The notes: a model not told the origin generated them from the letters alone. Positions 1 through 11,697 are shown, numbered from the stretch's first letter. The stretch is 53,743 nt of DNA from Octopus sinensis (GCF_006345805.1 NW_021833880.1:1-53743); one strand, 5' to 3'. Translations and numbers: made by a program.

Positions 1-830
1 TTTCGTCTCCTGTCTGGCCCTAAGGCCGTATTCTGTTTAGGTATTTCAGTTTGTTCGTATGCCCACATTTTGTCGTGTTTGTTTTCTCTTTGTCCTTCAC
101 CCGTCCACTAATGATCTCATCTTGAATCACATTTATCTCATACTTGTATGTTCACTTTCTGTATGGTATATTTGTTTATTTCTTGTTTGTTTGTCACGTT
201 CTGTCATCTTTGGTCCCTTTATCGTTGGCTCGCCATTCCCCCGCTCCCCGGTGGCTTCTAAAGACAGGCGATAGTTACGTGTGAGCAACGAGAGAGAGCT
301 TACACGTGACCAGCACCCATCTTTCTTTTCCTCACGTGACCATCTTTCTTTTCCTGTACGACGTTCTAAGGATTGGACGTCTTTTATCTCTCTCTTCTAT
401 CTTTTCTCTTTTCAAAGAAAATATTTCTCTCAGCGTTCACTATTTTCCTCTCGTTCTGGTCCATCGACCCTCCATCTTTGTTTTCATTCATCTTCCTTGT
501 ATGTCTCCACTGTTCTGTTTTTGTTCCCAACTTTAACCCTCTATAAATTCAAAATTTTATGTTGGAAGTTATGGGAGCAACTATCTTCGAAGACTCATAT
601 TGCCATTGAATGCTCGAAATGAGGAGTAGATAGACAACCAAGAATTGATGATGGGTCGTTGTTTGTATTACTTGTCCTGTTTACCATTTTTCTCTTGTTG
701 TTTGCGTATTTAACTCGTTTATTTTCGTACTTCGTGTTGTTTGCACAGTTGGTGACGTCCTGTACCCATATATGCATATATATATATATTATTTAAGTGA
801 ACACCACGCATCTTCTTCCAGAAGAGAGTT
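1..830. mobile_element. Penelope-like (PLE) non-coding fragment, probable pseudo-LTR
   Basis: Non-coding and pyrimidine-rich, with an internal direct repeat CACGTGACCA...CATCTTTCTTTTCCT and a degenerate hammerhead at 581-633. Family assignment is inferred from the known HHR-PLE association. Confidence 0.35.
581..633 (+). ncRNA. Degenerate type I hammerhead-like motif
   Basis: CTATC-T-TCGAAGA...ATGCTC-GAAA-TGAGGA-GTA-GATAG. Stem I CTATC/GATAG is intact; core and stems II/III are decayed. Confidence 0.35.
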
Positions 831-1106
831 AACGATAAGTGGCTAACTCTAGTACTAGAAATAGCTCCTTATTCTGGTATAGTCACCGAAGATTTTTTCC
901 ACAGCAGAAACAGCATTACCCTCAACGTAAGGGAAGCGAAATACAAAAAAAAGATAGATCAATACTGAACAATTGTTTCCTTATCAACATAATATGTAAT
1001 TATACTCACATATTTGCCTATAATTCATCAGCAGTATTTGTCCTCGGGCGATGAAATACACATGCGGTCTGCTCTATTGCATACATAGTTGTGGTTTAGC
1101 TTCCCG

Positions 1107-1153
<47 letters not shown>

Positions 1154-1168
1154 TTATACATACACACA

Positions 1169-1231
<63 letters not shown>

Positions 1232-1239
1232 TTATACAT

Positions 1240-1278
<39 letters not shown>

Positions 1279-1339
1279 CACTTATACATACACACACATA
1301 CATATAATATATATATACACATATATATATATATATCCC

Positions 1340-1935
1340 TGTGCTTTGTATAGTTAATGCATCTGTATTTTCCCAGAATGTCTTATGTCTCTCCTGCATC
1401 CCCATCCAATTCTTGCCTATTCTCGATATAAGGCTACTTTCAAGAATTTGTTTTTGTAACATTTGTTGCGATTGTTAGTGTAACCCATGTTGTTCTCGCT
1501 GTTGTTGTTGTGTCTCTGTTACTATTATTTTTGCAGTCGTTGATGCAGGTCATCTCCAGTTGCGTAACAACCAATCGTCATCCTCACAACCGCCTCCGAC
1601 CTATCACTGGTTTGTCCGGCTATCTTTCGTATCTGTTCGTTTTAAAACTCAATACGCGCCCGTTTCGTTTGTCTTTTTTTTCTTTGAAAATAATGTAATT
1701 TCTGAAGTTTGTAAAATGTCTCTTTATTATTATTTTTTTTGTGTGTGTATGTTTCTTACAGTATCCATTCTGTGAAAGCCATCCCAGCTTGTCAACTGCT
1801 AAACCTTCAGATTCTGTGGGGGTTTTTTCAGGGACAGCTGACAACATGGAATGTTTTTGACATCGGCTCCTTGTTTTGGAATCATTATCATATCTCACAC
1901 CCTGTATAAAGTTTGTTTTGAGAGAAAAATAACAA
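1340..1935 (-). repeat. Local non-coding module, copy 1 of 4 (core 1545-1568)
   Basis: Colinear by eye with 13470-14115 and, inverted, with 5285-5670. Core GCAGGTCATCTCCAGTTGCGTAAC. Confidence 0.8.
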
Positions 1936-2339
1936 CACACGCACACACACACACACGCACACACACACGCACACACACACGCACACACGCACACACACAC
2001 ACACGCATACACACGTAATCTTACTGACAATGACTACAAAGTAGCATCGGGCGTGTAGATTATTTATGTATATATATACATTCAAATGTGAGTGTGAGTG
2101 TGAGTTTGTTCATGTGCGAGTGTGAACGAATCATATACACAAAGAAACTCAAGTCAGTGTTAATAAAATTATTTTAATTCTATACATGCATGGGTGTGTG
2201 TTTGAGGCTTTGAGTTCAGTCCCACTGCGTGGCACCTTAGGTGTCTTCTGCTGTAGCCTCGGGTCGATCAATGCTTTGAGTGAATATATATGCATATGAA
2301 TATATAGGCATATGAATATATATATAAAACTTAGATAAA

Positions 2340-2810
2340 ACTTAGATATGTTCGACCAAAGATTGGTCCAGGCCATGTCTAACTTAATAGCACCACCTGA
2401 TAGGATTATCTAAATCCTGTTTAAGTCAAGTTTTGTTTATGGTCCATTCAAGTAGTGAGTTTTTGTTGGGTGAGTTGTATCCAATTATGGGTGGCTTATC
2501 TGGTATTCCTTGAAGGAATCTATCCAGACTCCGTTTAAAGTTGGTGGGATCCTTTTCCTGTTTGATCTCTTTCGGGACAATGTTAAATAGGGCAGGGCCT
2601 GTTGAGGAAAAGAAATTATGTTGCAGTGTACATGTATGCTGTACATGTATGCTGTGATCTTGAATTGGGCAGGTCCCAGTCTTGGATGAACCTTGAAGCT
2701 AGTGTTCAGGTCGTTTGGGCAAAGTTGCCGGTATATTCTCCACATCGTACAAATTAGGTACCGTTCACGGCGATGCTGGAGAGAGTAGAGTTTCAAAGCT
2801 TTAAGGCGGA
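2340..2810 (-). mobile_element. CR1-clade LINE, 5'-truncated 3' end
   Basis: Minus strand translates [23 protein letters not shown]...GPALFNIVPKEIKQEKDPTNFKRSLDRFLQGIPDKPP. 3' tail GGTGCT..CATGGCC-hairpin-(TCTAAGTTT)n is similar to the tail at 25490-25560. Confidence 0.85.
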
Positions 2811-2857
2811 TATATTATATATATATGTATATATGTATGTGTGTGTATATATATATA

Positions 2858-2896
<39 letters not shown>

Positions 2897-2997
2897 TATA
2901 TATATGTATAAATATAAATATATATATATATATATTATATATATATATATATAATATATTATATATATACACATACATATATATATATACGTAAAGT

Positions 2998-3483
<486 letters not shown>

Positions 3484-3489
3484 ATATAT

Positions 3490-4500
3490 ATGTATGTATA
3501 TATGCATATATTTTATTTATTTATATTACTATATGACCGAACGCACGCGTTATTTCTCTTCTCCAAGTTTATATTTGAATCATCACGACGCGCACTCTTT
3601 GACCTTTCCTCCCCGCCTGTCTGTCTTTCTCTCTACTTGTCTCTCTCCTTATTTTTCACCCTTTCTGGTTTCTTTCCTCTCTCTCTCTCTTCCTCTTCCT
3701 CCTCCTCCTCCTCCTCCTCCTCCTCCTGACCAGAGGGTTGCTAAAACTTTCTTTCAGCTTCGTCCTTCAACAAGTATAGATCGACTTCTGTCCTTCGTAA
3801 GCCGATTTTTCACATGCGTTCTAACTAATTTTTCCACCGTCCAGGTAAAAAAGCCCTTATTGTCTGTTCCCTATTCTGTTTCTTTATTTGTACTGTTTTT
3901 TCTTCATTTGTATTGCTTTTACGTCCTGTTTTTGTCACTTGCAAAAGAATTTTATTTAATTCTTTTTGCAGGAAGGACTGCTTCGACTGTGTTCTGTTCT
4001 TACCTTCGAAACACACTTTGAGTCGAACCAGGGACAGCTGATGCAGGGGAATATTCCTTGTATTGTTTGTCTTGTACTCTGTTTTTTCGTTGTTTAAAAA
4101 AAGTCCGTTTCCTTGTTTGATTTTATGTTCTCGTCTCTCGTTGTGTTCTACGTTTATTTGTGGTGTCCTGTACTCATATATATATATATGTATGCATGTA
4201 TATATACATGTAGATGTAAGTATGTACATATATGTATGTATATATGCATATATCTTATTTATTTATTATATTACTATATGACCGAACGCACGCGTCATTT
4301 CTCTTCTCCAAGTTTACATATATATATATATATATTATATAATTAAATAATGAGAGTAGAAATTGATATTAATCAATTAAAACCAGTGGATACAGTTCTA
4401 ATGAGGAGTTATGAACATTATTTACATTATTTACATTCGGCGGATATTTGTCCTCATCATTTTTGTTAACACAACGTTTCGGCTGATATACCCTCCAGCC
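3490..4500. mobile_element. PLE-derived non-coding fragments with internal direct repeat
   Basis: 3490-3575 is repeated at 4240-4320. 4140-4270 matches 11235-11360. At 4482-4500 (minus) half an HHR remains (GGCTG..CAGCC-GAAACGTT), cut off by a SINE. Confidence 0.5.
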
Positions 4501-4509
4501 ATATGCCGA

Positions 4510-4628
4510 CGGGCATATGGCGTAGTGGTTAAGAGCGCGGGCTACTAATCCCAAGATTCCAAGTTCGATTCCAAGCAGTGACCTGAACACTAACAATAAT
4601 AATAATAATGATAATAATAATAATAATG

Positions 4629-4696
<68 letters not shown>
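4510..4696 (+). mobile_element. Short tRNA-derived SINE with (AAT)n tail
   Basis: A box TGGCGTAGTGG and B box GTTCGATTCC, followed by a long (AAT)n tail and no tRNA acceptor stem. Confidence 0.8.
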
Positions 4697-4973
4697 TCCT
4701 GAATGAGACAAATATCCGTCGAATGTAAATAATGTAAATAATGTAAATAATGTTAAACCAGTGGCTTAGCATATTTAAAAACTCCGAAGATTGAAAATTA
4801 TATTACATACAAATTAAGAGGAATGACCACCAACGTGGACTTCTAATATGCTAAACGTAGACGTCAAATCGCCTTACAACGAAGAGTGTGTTCTCAAGAA
4901 AAATTCCAGCAAAATGCCAGAATGTAAAAATGAGCACGACAAATGAAGATATACGAAATAAAAAAACGATTGC

Positions 4974-5039
4974 CTACGTACCAGTGATTTCGTTTGTTAA
5001 TATTTATGAATATAAATATCTGCAAGCTCATCAGCGTAG
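4974..5039 (-). ncRNA. Type I hammerhead ribozyme with extended stem II
   Basis: CTACG-CTGATGA-GCTTG..ATATTTA/TAAATAT..CAAAC-GAAA-T-CACTG-GTA-CGTAG: 5-bp stem I, canonical core, GUA cleavage triplet, U.G in stem III. Confidence 0.7.
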
Positions 5040-5284
5040 TCTGTCGCTTACAAAACACAATTTCAAGAACTAGACACAGAACACTCACCCGAGAGAGAAC
5101 ATGTATAAAGTTCTGCAAATTATATTTGGGGGTATCTTTCAAACGTCTTCGTTTTGGCGCGCTGAGGCCGGAAATAACTATGCAATTAATAAGTTTCTGA
5201 AGCTAATTTACCGATGAGAGAACCTTGTTATTTAAGAATTAAATGAGGGTAGGAATTGATATTAATCAATTAAAACCAGTGGCT

Positions 5285-5692
5285 ACTGTGTATGAAACGC
5301 GATAATGTTCCTGAGACTAAGAGTCGATGCCAAAACCTTTCAATGTTGTCAGTCTCCCCGGAAAGAAACAACACAGAATTTGAACATTTATCAGTTGACA
5401 AACCAGGATGACTTTCACAGAAATGGATATTCTAAAACACACACACATACACATATGAAATAAACAAACAATTAAAATAAATGAATAAGAAAATAAAAGA
5501 TATTTTACAACATTAAAAAATTACACCATCTAAAAGAAAACATGGCTCATGGACAAGCTGAGACGAAAGAAAGAAAGAAAGAAAGAAAGAAAGGAAACCT
5601 AACAAAGGGTGGTGAGGATAGTCGTGGCGACAGCGACTGGTTGTTACACAACTGGAGATGATCCTGCAACAAGTATGGCCATACTTGTTGCA
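5285..5692 (+). repeat. Local non-coding module, copy 2 (inverted; core 5643-5667)
   Basis: GTCGATGCCAAAACCTTTCAATGTTGTCAG...GAAACAACACAGAATTTGAACATTTATCAGTTGACAA matches the reverse complement of 13970-14050. It ends in a 28-bp palindrome. Confidence 0.8.
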
Positions 5693-6092
5693 ATAACATT
5701 ATCCGTTTTTTCTGTCCTTGTTTTTGTATACATTCGCTACTTTCTTCCAAGGAATCTAATGCTCTTAGCTTAATTTTTCCTTGGGGCTGGCCAGATTGGA
5801 GCAATCTCAAGTATAATCAGCCGAAATTGAGAAGATAATCTGGTACTTGACTGAGGAAAGAACTCTTTGAATAACCGTCCTTGTTTTCTTTATGTCATCT
5901 ATCTGGATGCTTTGTTGTCCGATTTTTGTATCACCTAACTGTCCGGATGTTTTGCGTTTTTGTCCCATTTTGTATTTTATATATATATATATATATGTAT
6001 ATATTGGTAAAAATAGTAAGATAACAAAAGAAACAAAGAGACCTCAATATTATGTAAATAGAGGAAATTTATCTATAAAATAATATGTGACA

Positions 6093-6153
6093 GATAACCG
6101 AAGAGATGTTGTCGTGGATTTCCACCTCGGCATCAGAAACTCAGAGTTTTATC
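6093..6153 (+). ncRNA. Type I hammerhead variant (U4C core)
   Basis: GATAA-CCGAAGA-GATGTT..GTGGA/TCCAC..GGCATC-A-GAAAC-TCAGA-GTT-TTATC. All three stems pair. Confidence 0.6.
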
Positions 6154-6203
6154 TTGGCTACCGAATAATTATCACATATTATTTTACAGACATATATATA
6201 TAT

Positions 6204-6337
<134 letters not shown>

Positions 6338-6344
6338 TATGGAT

Positions 6345-6424
<80 letters not shown>

Positions 6425-6693
6425 GCGTTGAATGCACCTACAAGTATCTACAATACAAAATATCTGCTTCCTGCGTAGGTTCTTTTGAACTATGTTTGTA
6501 CGTATATGTGCATACTACATACTTACATACATTCATACAATGCATGCACCCGGCCCCATATATATAATATATTTTTCCTTATCTTTCATCTTTTACTTAT
6601 TAAACTGTAGCCATGCTGGGGCACCGCATTGAAGAATCTGCTTTAGCCTGGCGAATCGCCCCCAGTACTTACATATATACATACATACATACA

Positions 6694-6728
<35 letters not shown>

Positions 6729-6774
6729 GTATAATATATATATATATATATGTATAATATATATGCACATAAGG

Positions 6775-7175
6775 CGCAGGAGTGGCTGTGTGGTAAGTAG
6801 CTTGCTAACCAACCACATGGTTCCGGGTTCAGTCCCACTGCGTGGCATCTTGGGCAAGTGTCTTCTGCTATAGCCCCGGGCCGACCAAAGCCTTGTGAGT
6901 GGATTTGGTAGACGGAAACTGAAAGAAGCCTGTCGTATATATGTATATATATGTATGTGTATGTGTGTTTGTGTGTCCGTGTTTGTCCCCCTAGCATTGC
7001 TTGACAACCGATGCTGGTGTGTTTACGTCCCCGTCACTTAGCGGTTCGGCAAAAGAGACCGATAGAATAAGTACTGGGCTTACAAAGAATAAGTCCCGGG
7101 GTCGATTTGCTCGACTAAAGGCGGTGCTCCAGCATGGCCGCAGTCAAATGACTGAAACAAGTAAAAGAGTAAAAA
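6775..7175 (+). mobile_element. tRNA-derived CORE-type SINE, full length (family B)
   Basis: tRNA-like head, CORE-like CTTGGGCAAGTGTCTTC, central (TA/TG)n and tail GGTGCTCCAGCATGGCCGCAGTCAAATGACTGAAAC. Related pieces at 2195-2285, 6580-6670, 7730-7900, 8570-8700, 34470-34610, 36905-37000, 37720-37800, 38395-38700, 44560-44610 and 50080-50300. Confidence 0.9.
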
Positions 7176-7218
7176 AGAGAGAGTATAACATATACATACA
7201 TACATACGTACAAACATA

Positions 7219-7270
<52 letters not shown>

Positions 7271-7359
7271 CAACATACATATACATATGTGTAAACTTAT
7301 AAATCCATATATACATACATAAATTCGTATACATACACATACACACACAATCCCTGGAG

Positions 7360-7730
7360 GTACATCTATGTCTGCATCGTCTAATGTTTTTCCCTTCCTT
7401 GCTTTTTTTCTTTCTATGAACTTAAACAAACAAATTCCCGTCCTTCCTTCTTCTGCCAACGTAAATTGCTTTTAGTGACAAACAGTTGCTGCTGCTGTTG
7501 TTATTGTTATTATATTTCCTGCTAATATTGTTGCTATCGATATTGCTATTGCAGGATATCTCCAGTTGCGTAACAGACACCATCTCCACTTCCACCCCCA
7601 TCCCCACCTCCATATCCATCTCCATCTCCACCTCCACCTCCCTCTCCAATCACGTTTTCCTCTTCCTATTTTGTCTTTCATTCGTTTTGTCTCTGAAATT
7701 GTATATTTATGTTTTATTTGTTGCATGTTT
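7360..7730 (-). repeat. Local non-coding module, copy 3 (core 7551-7574), truncated by a SINE
   Basis: GCAGGATATCTCCAGTTGCGTAAC preceded by a (GTT/GCT)-rich tract as in copies 1 and 4. Confidence 0.65.
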
Positions 7731-7904
7731 CAAACATTGGACTGCGACCATGCTGAGACCCTACCTTTGAGGCTATTAGTCGAAGAAATAATCCATCCCA
7801 GTGCTTATTCATTCATTCATTCATTTATTTATCTTTGAAGCCTAGCATTTATTCTATCATTTATTTTTGCCGAACCGCTCAGTTACGGGCTGTAAAGAAA
7901 CCAA

Positions 7905-8528
7905 CATTCTTTTCTACTCTAGGCACAAGTTCCGAAATTTTGGGGGAGGGAGCCAATCGATTCGATCGACCCCAGTATGCAACTGGTACTTAATTCATCG
8001 GCCATGAAAGGATGAAAGGCAAAGTCGACCTCGGCGGAACTTGAACTCAGAACAGTAAAGAGAGACGGAATACCACTAAGCATTTCACCCGGCGTGCTAA
8101 CGTTTCTTATTTCTTTTTTTTTTTATTGCCCACAAAGGGCTAAACACCGAGGGAAGAAACAAGGACAGACAGACGGATTAAGTCGATTATATCGACCCCA
8201 GTGCGTAACTGGTGCTTATTTAATCGACCCTGAAAGGATGAAAGGCAAAGTTGACCTCGGCGGAATTTGAACTCAGAACGTAGCGGCAGACGAAATACCT
8301 ATTTCTTTACTACCCACAAGGAGCTAAACACAGAGAGGACAAACAAGGACAAACAGATTAAGTCAATTATATCGGCCCAAGTGCGCAACTGGTACTTATT
8401 TAATCGGCCCCGAAAGGATGAAAGGCAAAGTCGACCTCGGCAGAATTTGAACTCAGAACGTAGCGGCAGACGAAATACCGCTAAGCATTTCGCCCGGCGT
8501 GCTAACGTTTCTGCCAGCTCGCTGCCTT
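7905..8528 (-). mobile_element. Family A tRNA-derived SINEs, including a head-to-tail dimer
   Basis: Reverse complement of GGCGGCGAGCTGGCAGAAACGTTAGC...GAGTTCAAATTCCGCCGAGGTCGACTTTGCCTTTCATCCTTTCGGGGTCGAT. The central block resembles, from memory, the Meta-type SINE domain. Confidence 0.9.
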
Positions 8529-9434
8529 AGCAAACAAACCAACATGGATTATCAAACGGTGGTTGTGTTCAAAGACACACAATTTCTGTCTACCAAATTT
8601 ATTCACAAAGCATTGGGTAGCCAGGGTCTGTAGCAAAAGACATTCGCTCAAGATGTCGCACAGTAGGACTGAACCCGAGTACATGTGGTTGCCAAGCGAA
8701 CACACATTTTGATATACACGTTTCTTATTTGAATTATGTGAACTTTGTTTCTTAATCCATTCATGTCGATCGTCCATATAAACTGTCCCTTAATTTATAA
8801 GGGTATAAAACAAATACTTAATACAAATTGCGATTTGTGTATGATGTGTATCAAATAATGAAACATGTTCTTAACGTGTATGCAGTCTGTATCAAACGGA
8901 TTTCAATAAATTTTTTTCAGTTGCAATTTAGGTCAAAATAATAATCTCTGTGAATTTTCAGGCAATTTCATTCACGAAAAAAAATTTCGGCACGGATGGG
9001 TTAATTTGATTTTCCTCTGTCTGCGCCCATCATGAAATGTTCATCCTTATATATCAATATAAGAGGCGGGCTTTTCAAATTGTATCTCAGTACACGTGTA
9101 TATTCAGAATAATGCAGCACTGAATGTATTCGGTTAAATTTAAGATTTAAATATAGGATAAAATCTTTATAAGAATTTATCAAGTCAACAGCGTGAAAAC
9201 CTTATAAGGGAAAAATTTATAATTATTCCCTTTAAATATATTCATTTATATTAAGGGCATTACTACATGTAAATGCCTCACGCTATGCGGGACTCTTAAT
9301 GTCAAAACTACCATAAGCGAGGGAATGCAACTTTGGATGCCAACACTTAAAAACAGATTCAGTCGCAAATCATATGATTTCATACTTAGTGTGCATAATC
9401 CACTTTCTAATCGTTATATCTATATGTATATATA

Positions 9435-9760
9435 AATCCTTAAAATCCTTAAAAATGTTTTAGCCCGGAGGCTGCGGCCATGCTGGGGCACCACCGCTGA
9501 ATGAGCTACACTAATATGTGAATCCACCTTTGATACGTGGCACTTGGTCAACAAGGGAGTTCGATGCCACTGCCCGCATCTGTGTCTCCTGTCGTGAGGT
9601 AGGTTCATCTGGGACCCCCGACAAGAAGAGAACCAGTTAAGTTTTAAAGAAACCCACATCCACACCATGCAAGTCTCTCAGGCATTTAGGGAGGATGTTA
9701 AAGAGCTGTGGTCCTCTGAAACCCAAGCTGTTGCAGTATCTGGTCCTGTATTTTGATATA
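9435..9760 (-). mobile_element. CR1-clade LINE 3' end
   Basis: SLGFRGPQLFNILPKCLRDLHGVDVGFFKT*LVLFLSGVPDEPTSRQETQMRAVASNSLVDQ, with tail GGTGCCCCAGCATGGCCGCAGCCTCCGGGCTAAAACA. Confidence 0.85.
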
Positions 9761-9820
9761 TATATATATATGAAAAAACAAGTCAGGATAGAAAATGCTA
9801 AAATAATTTTATAAAGAACA

Positions 9821-9863
9821 GTTCAGTACCGGTTTCAGTCATTGAGACTTTTTCAACTGTAAC
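9821..9863 (-). ncRNA. Minimal type I hammerhead with compensated U3-A8 core
   Basis: GTT-A-CAG-TTGAAAA-AGTC-TCAAT-GACT-GAAAC-CG-GTA-CTGAAC, with palindromic ACCGGT in stem III. Confidence 0.7.
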
Positions 9864-10004
9864 AATTAAATAATTAAATTTAGAAAAATTAAAAGAAAAG
9901 TTTTTTTTTAAGAATATTTGTATAGTGTTCAAATATAATTGCCATTTTCCTTGTTTCTGTTCTGCCTTTCTCTCTCTCTCTCTCTCTTGTTTACTCTTAT
10001 GGGT

Positions 10005-10056
<52 letters not shown>

Positions 10057-10275
10057 CTATATATATATATATATATATCTATGTGTGTGTGTGTATATAT
10101 ATATGCAAGTACACAGCTTTATGTATGTCCATATATACATAGATGCACGCAGACACCCGCACACATGTACGCAGATACACACGCACACACACGTACACAC
10201 ACACACACCACATACACACACATATACATATATATATATATACTTGGCTTTTAAAAATGAATCTGGGTGTTTGTT

Positions 10276-10314
10276 TCACGACTCGGATTTCACGCCACTG
10301 CGATCTTCATGCGA
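10276..10314 (-). ncRNA. Degenerate minimal hammerhead
   Basis: TCGC-ATGAAGA-TCGC-AGTG-GCGT-GAAA-TCCGA-GTC-GTGA. C3 is changed to A and stems II/III carry mismatches. Confidence 0.45.
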
Positions 10315-10670
10315 GAATTCTTTTCAGAGGGAAATAATATCTGACCAGAACATAGCAGCGATGAGAAAAATTCTTAATTTCGGTCTTAATAAAAAAGCCA
10401 TATCCCTTACAAGACCTATTGAGCATTTCTTCTTACATTACAGTATATATCTGGCTTTGAAATATTCTTGTTTATTAATGAATTTGTCACAGTTATGTGT
10501 CCGGATCCGTTTGTTACACTCTGGTCTGTGTATCCATTTATAAATTTTTAGTCTGTATATGCATTCATCAGATTATTGTCTCTATAAACTCTTTCTGACA
10601 GTCATGTCTTTATATCCTTTTGAGGCAGCATCTCTCCCCTATTCACCTTTTCTCCCTCTACCGATATATG

Positions 10671-10804
10671 TATACGTGAATACAGGACACCACAAATAGA
10701 CGTAGAACTCAACGAGAAACGAAAACGGAAAAACTATTTTTTTACAACAGAAGTTCGATTCGATTCGTTCGCTTCGTTCCGTTCTTATTCTTCCAGTACT
10801 GTAT

Positions 10805-10842
<38 letters not shown>

Positions 10843-11274
10843 ATTAGTGTATGAACGCATGAATATATACATACGTACTACATACACACCACACACACAC
10901 ACCCACACACACACACACACACCATATATAATATATATATATATATATATAATATATGTAGGTCCCGGGTTGAGTCGGGTTAACCACAGTAAATAAGGTA
11001 CTCAATACATAGCAGAGTAAATTAATTTATTATATAGAAGGAGCTTCTACAGGACTAGAACTGTTTCATTCAAAAGCTTCTGATGATTTCTTTTGAATGA
11101 AACAGTTCTAGTCCTGTAGAAGCTCCTTCTATATATATATAAAACAGTACTGGGAGAATAACAACGGAACGAAGCGAACGAATCGAATCGAATTCTGTTG
11201 TAAAAAAATAGTTTTCCCGTTTTCGTTTCTCATTGAGTTCTACGTCTATTTGTGGTGTCCTGTATTCACGTATA
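10671..11274. repeat. Nested foldback of PLE-derived sequence
   Basis: Outer arms 10671-10801 / 11145-11274 are near-perfect inverted repeats. Inner arms 11031-11076 / 11090-11135 form a perfect 46-bp inverted repeat with a 13-nt loop. Confidence 0.9.
11075..11124 (+). ncRNA. Type I hammerhead, slightly degenerate
   Basis: AGCTT-CTGATGA-TTTC-TTTT-GAAT-GAAAC-AG-TTCTAGTC-CT-GTA-GAAGCT. It appears to lack one C at the stem I/core junction. Confidence 0.6.
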
Positions 11275-11371
11275 TATATTTATATATGCATGTATATATA
11301 CATGTAGATGTAGGTACTTACATATATGTTTGTATGTGTGCATATATTTTATTTATTACACTATATATATA

Positions 11372-11402
<31 letters not shown>

Positions 11403-11439
11403 ATATAATATATATATATTAATATATACTATATAATAT

Positions 11440-11680
11440 AATAGTGATGTACTTGCATAGCGAGTGACTTGATCTGAGATCGTATGCTGGAACGAAAACA
11501 ATCTCAGCGTGGAAGGTGTTGTAATAAGCCATTTAAGAAACACACAAAACCGTTAGATTCACTTCAAGATTTACATTTAATTTGACAAAATATTTTCGTC
11601 GCTTTGAGACCGCGACCTGTTTCACTGACAAAAACTATCGTGCTGCATCACGAAATGGCTTATAAAACACCTTCCACGCT
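11440..11680. mobile_element. PLE-derived fragment with ~30-bp inverted arms
   Basis: CAGCGTGGAAGGTGTT..AAGCCATTT (~11506-11535) versus AAATGGCTT..AACACCTTCCACGCTG (~11652-11680), enclosing an HHR-like motif. Confidence 0.55.
11584..11629 (-). ncRNA. Hammerhead-like motif, possible G3-C8 swapped core
   Basis: GTCA-GTGAAACA-G-GTCGC-GGTCTCAAA-GCGAC-GAAA-ATAT-TT-TGTC. Perfect 5-bp stem II and palindromic AATATT; one extra A in the core. Confidence 0.45.
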
Positions 11681-11697
11681 GCAATTGTATATATATA

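Noticed and set aside
960-997. TTGATAA-G-GAAAC-AATT-GTT on the minus strand, hammerhead-like
   Set aside because: Stem II is essentially absent and stem I is poor.
7422-7649. ORF MEREVEVEMEMDMEVGMGVEVEMVSVTQLEISC... and the shared 'VTQLE' peptide in four module copies
   Set aside because: The flanks are low complexity, the frame breaks differently in each copy, and substitutions elsewhere in the module look neutral. The conservation is better explained at the nucleotide level.
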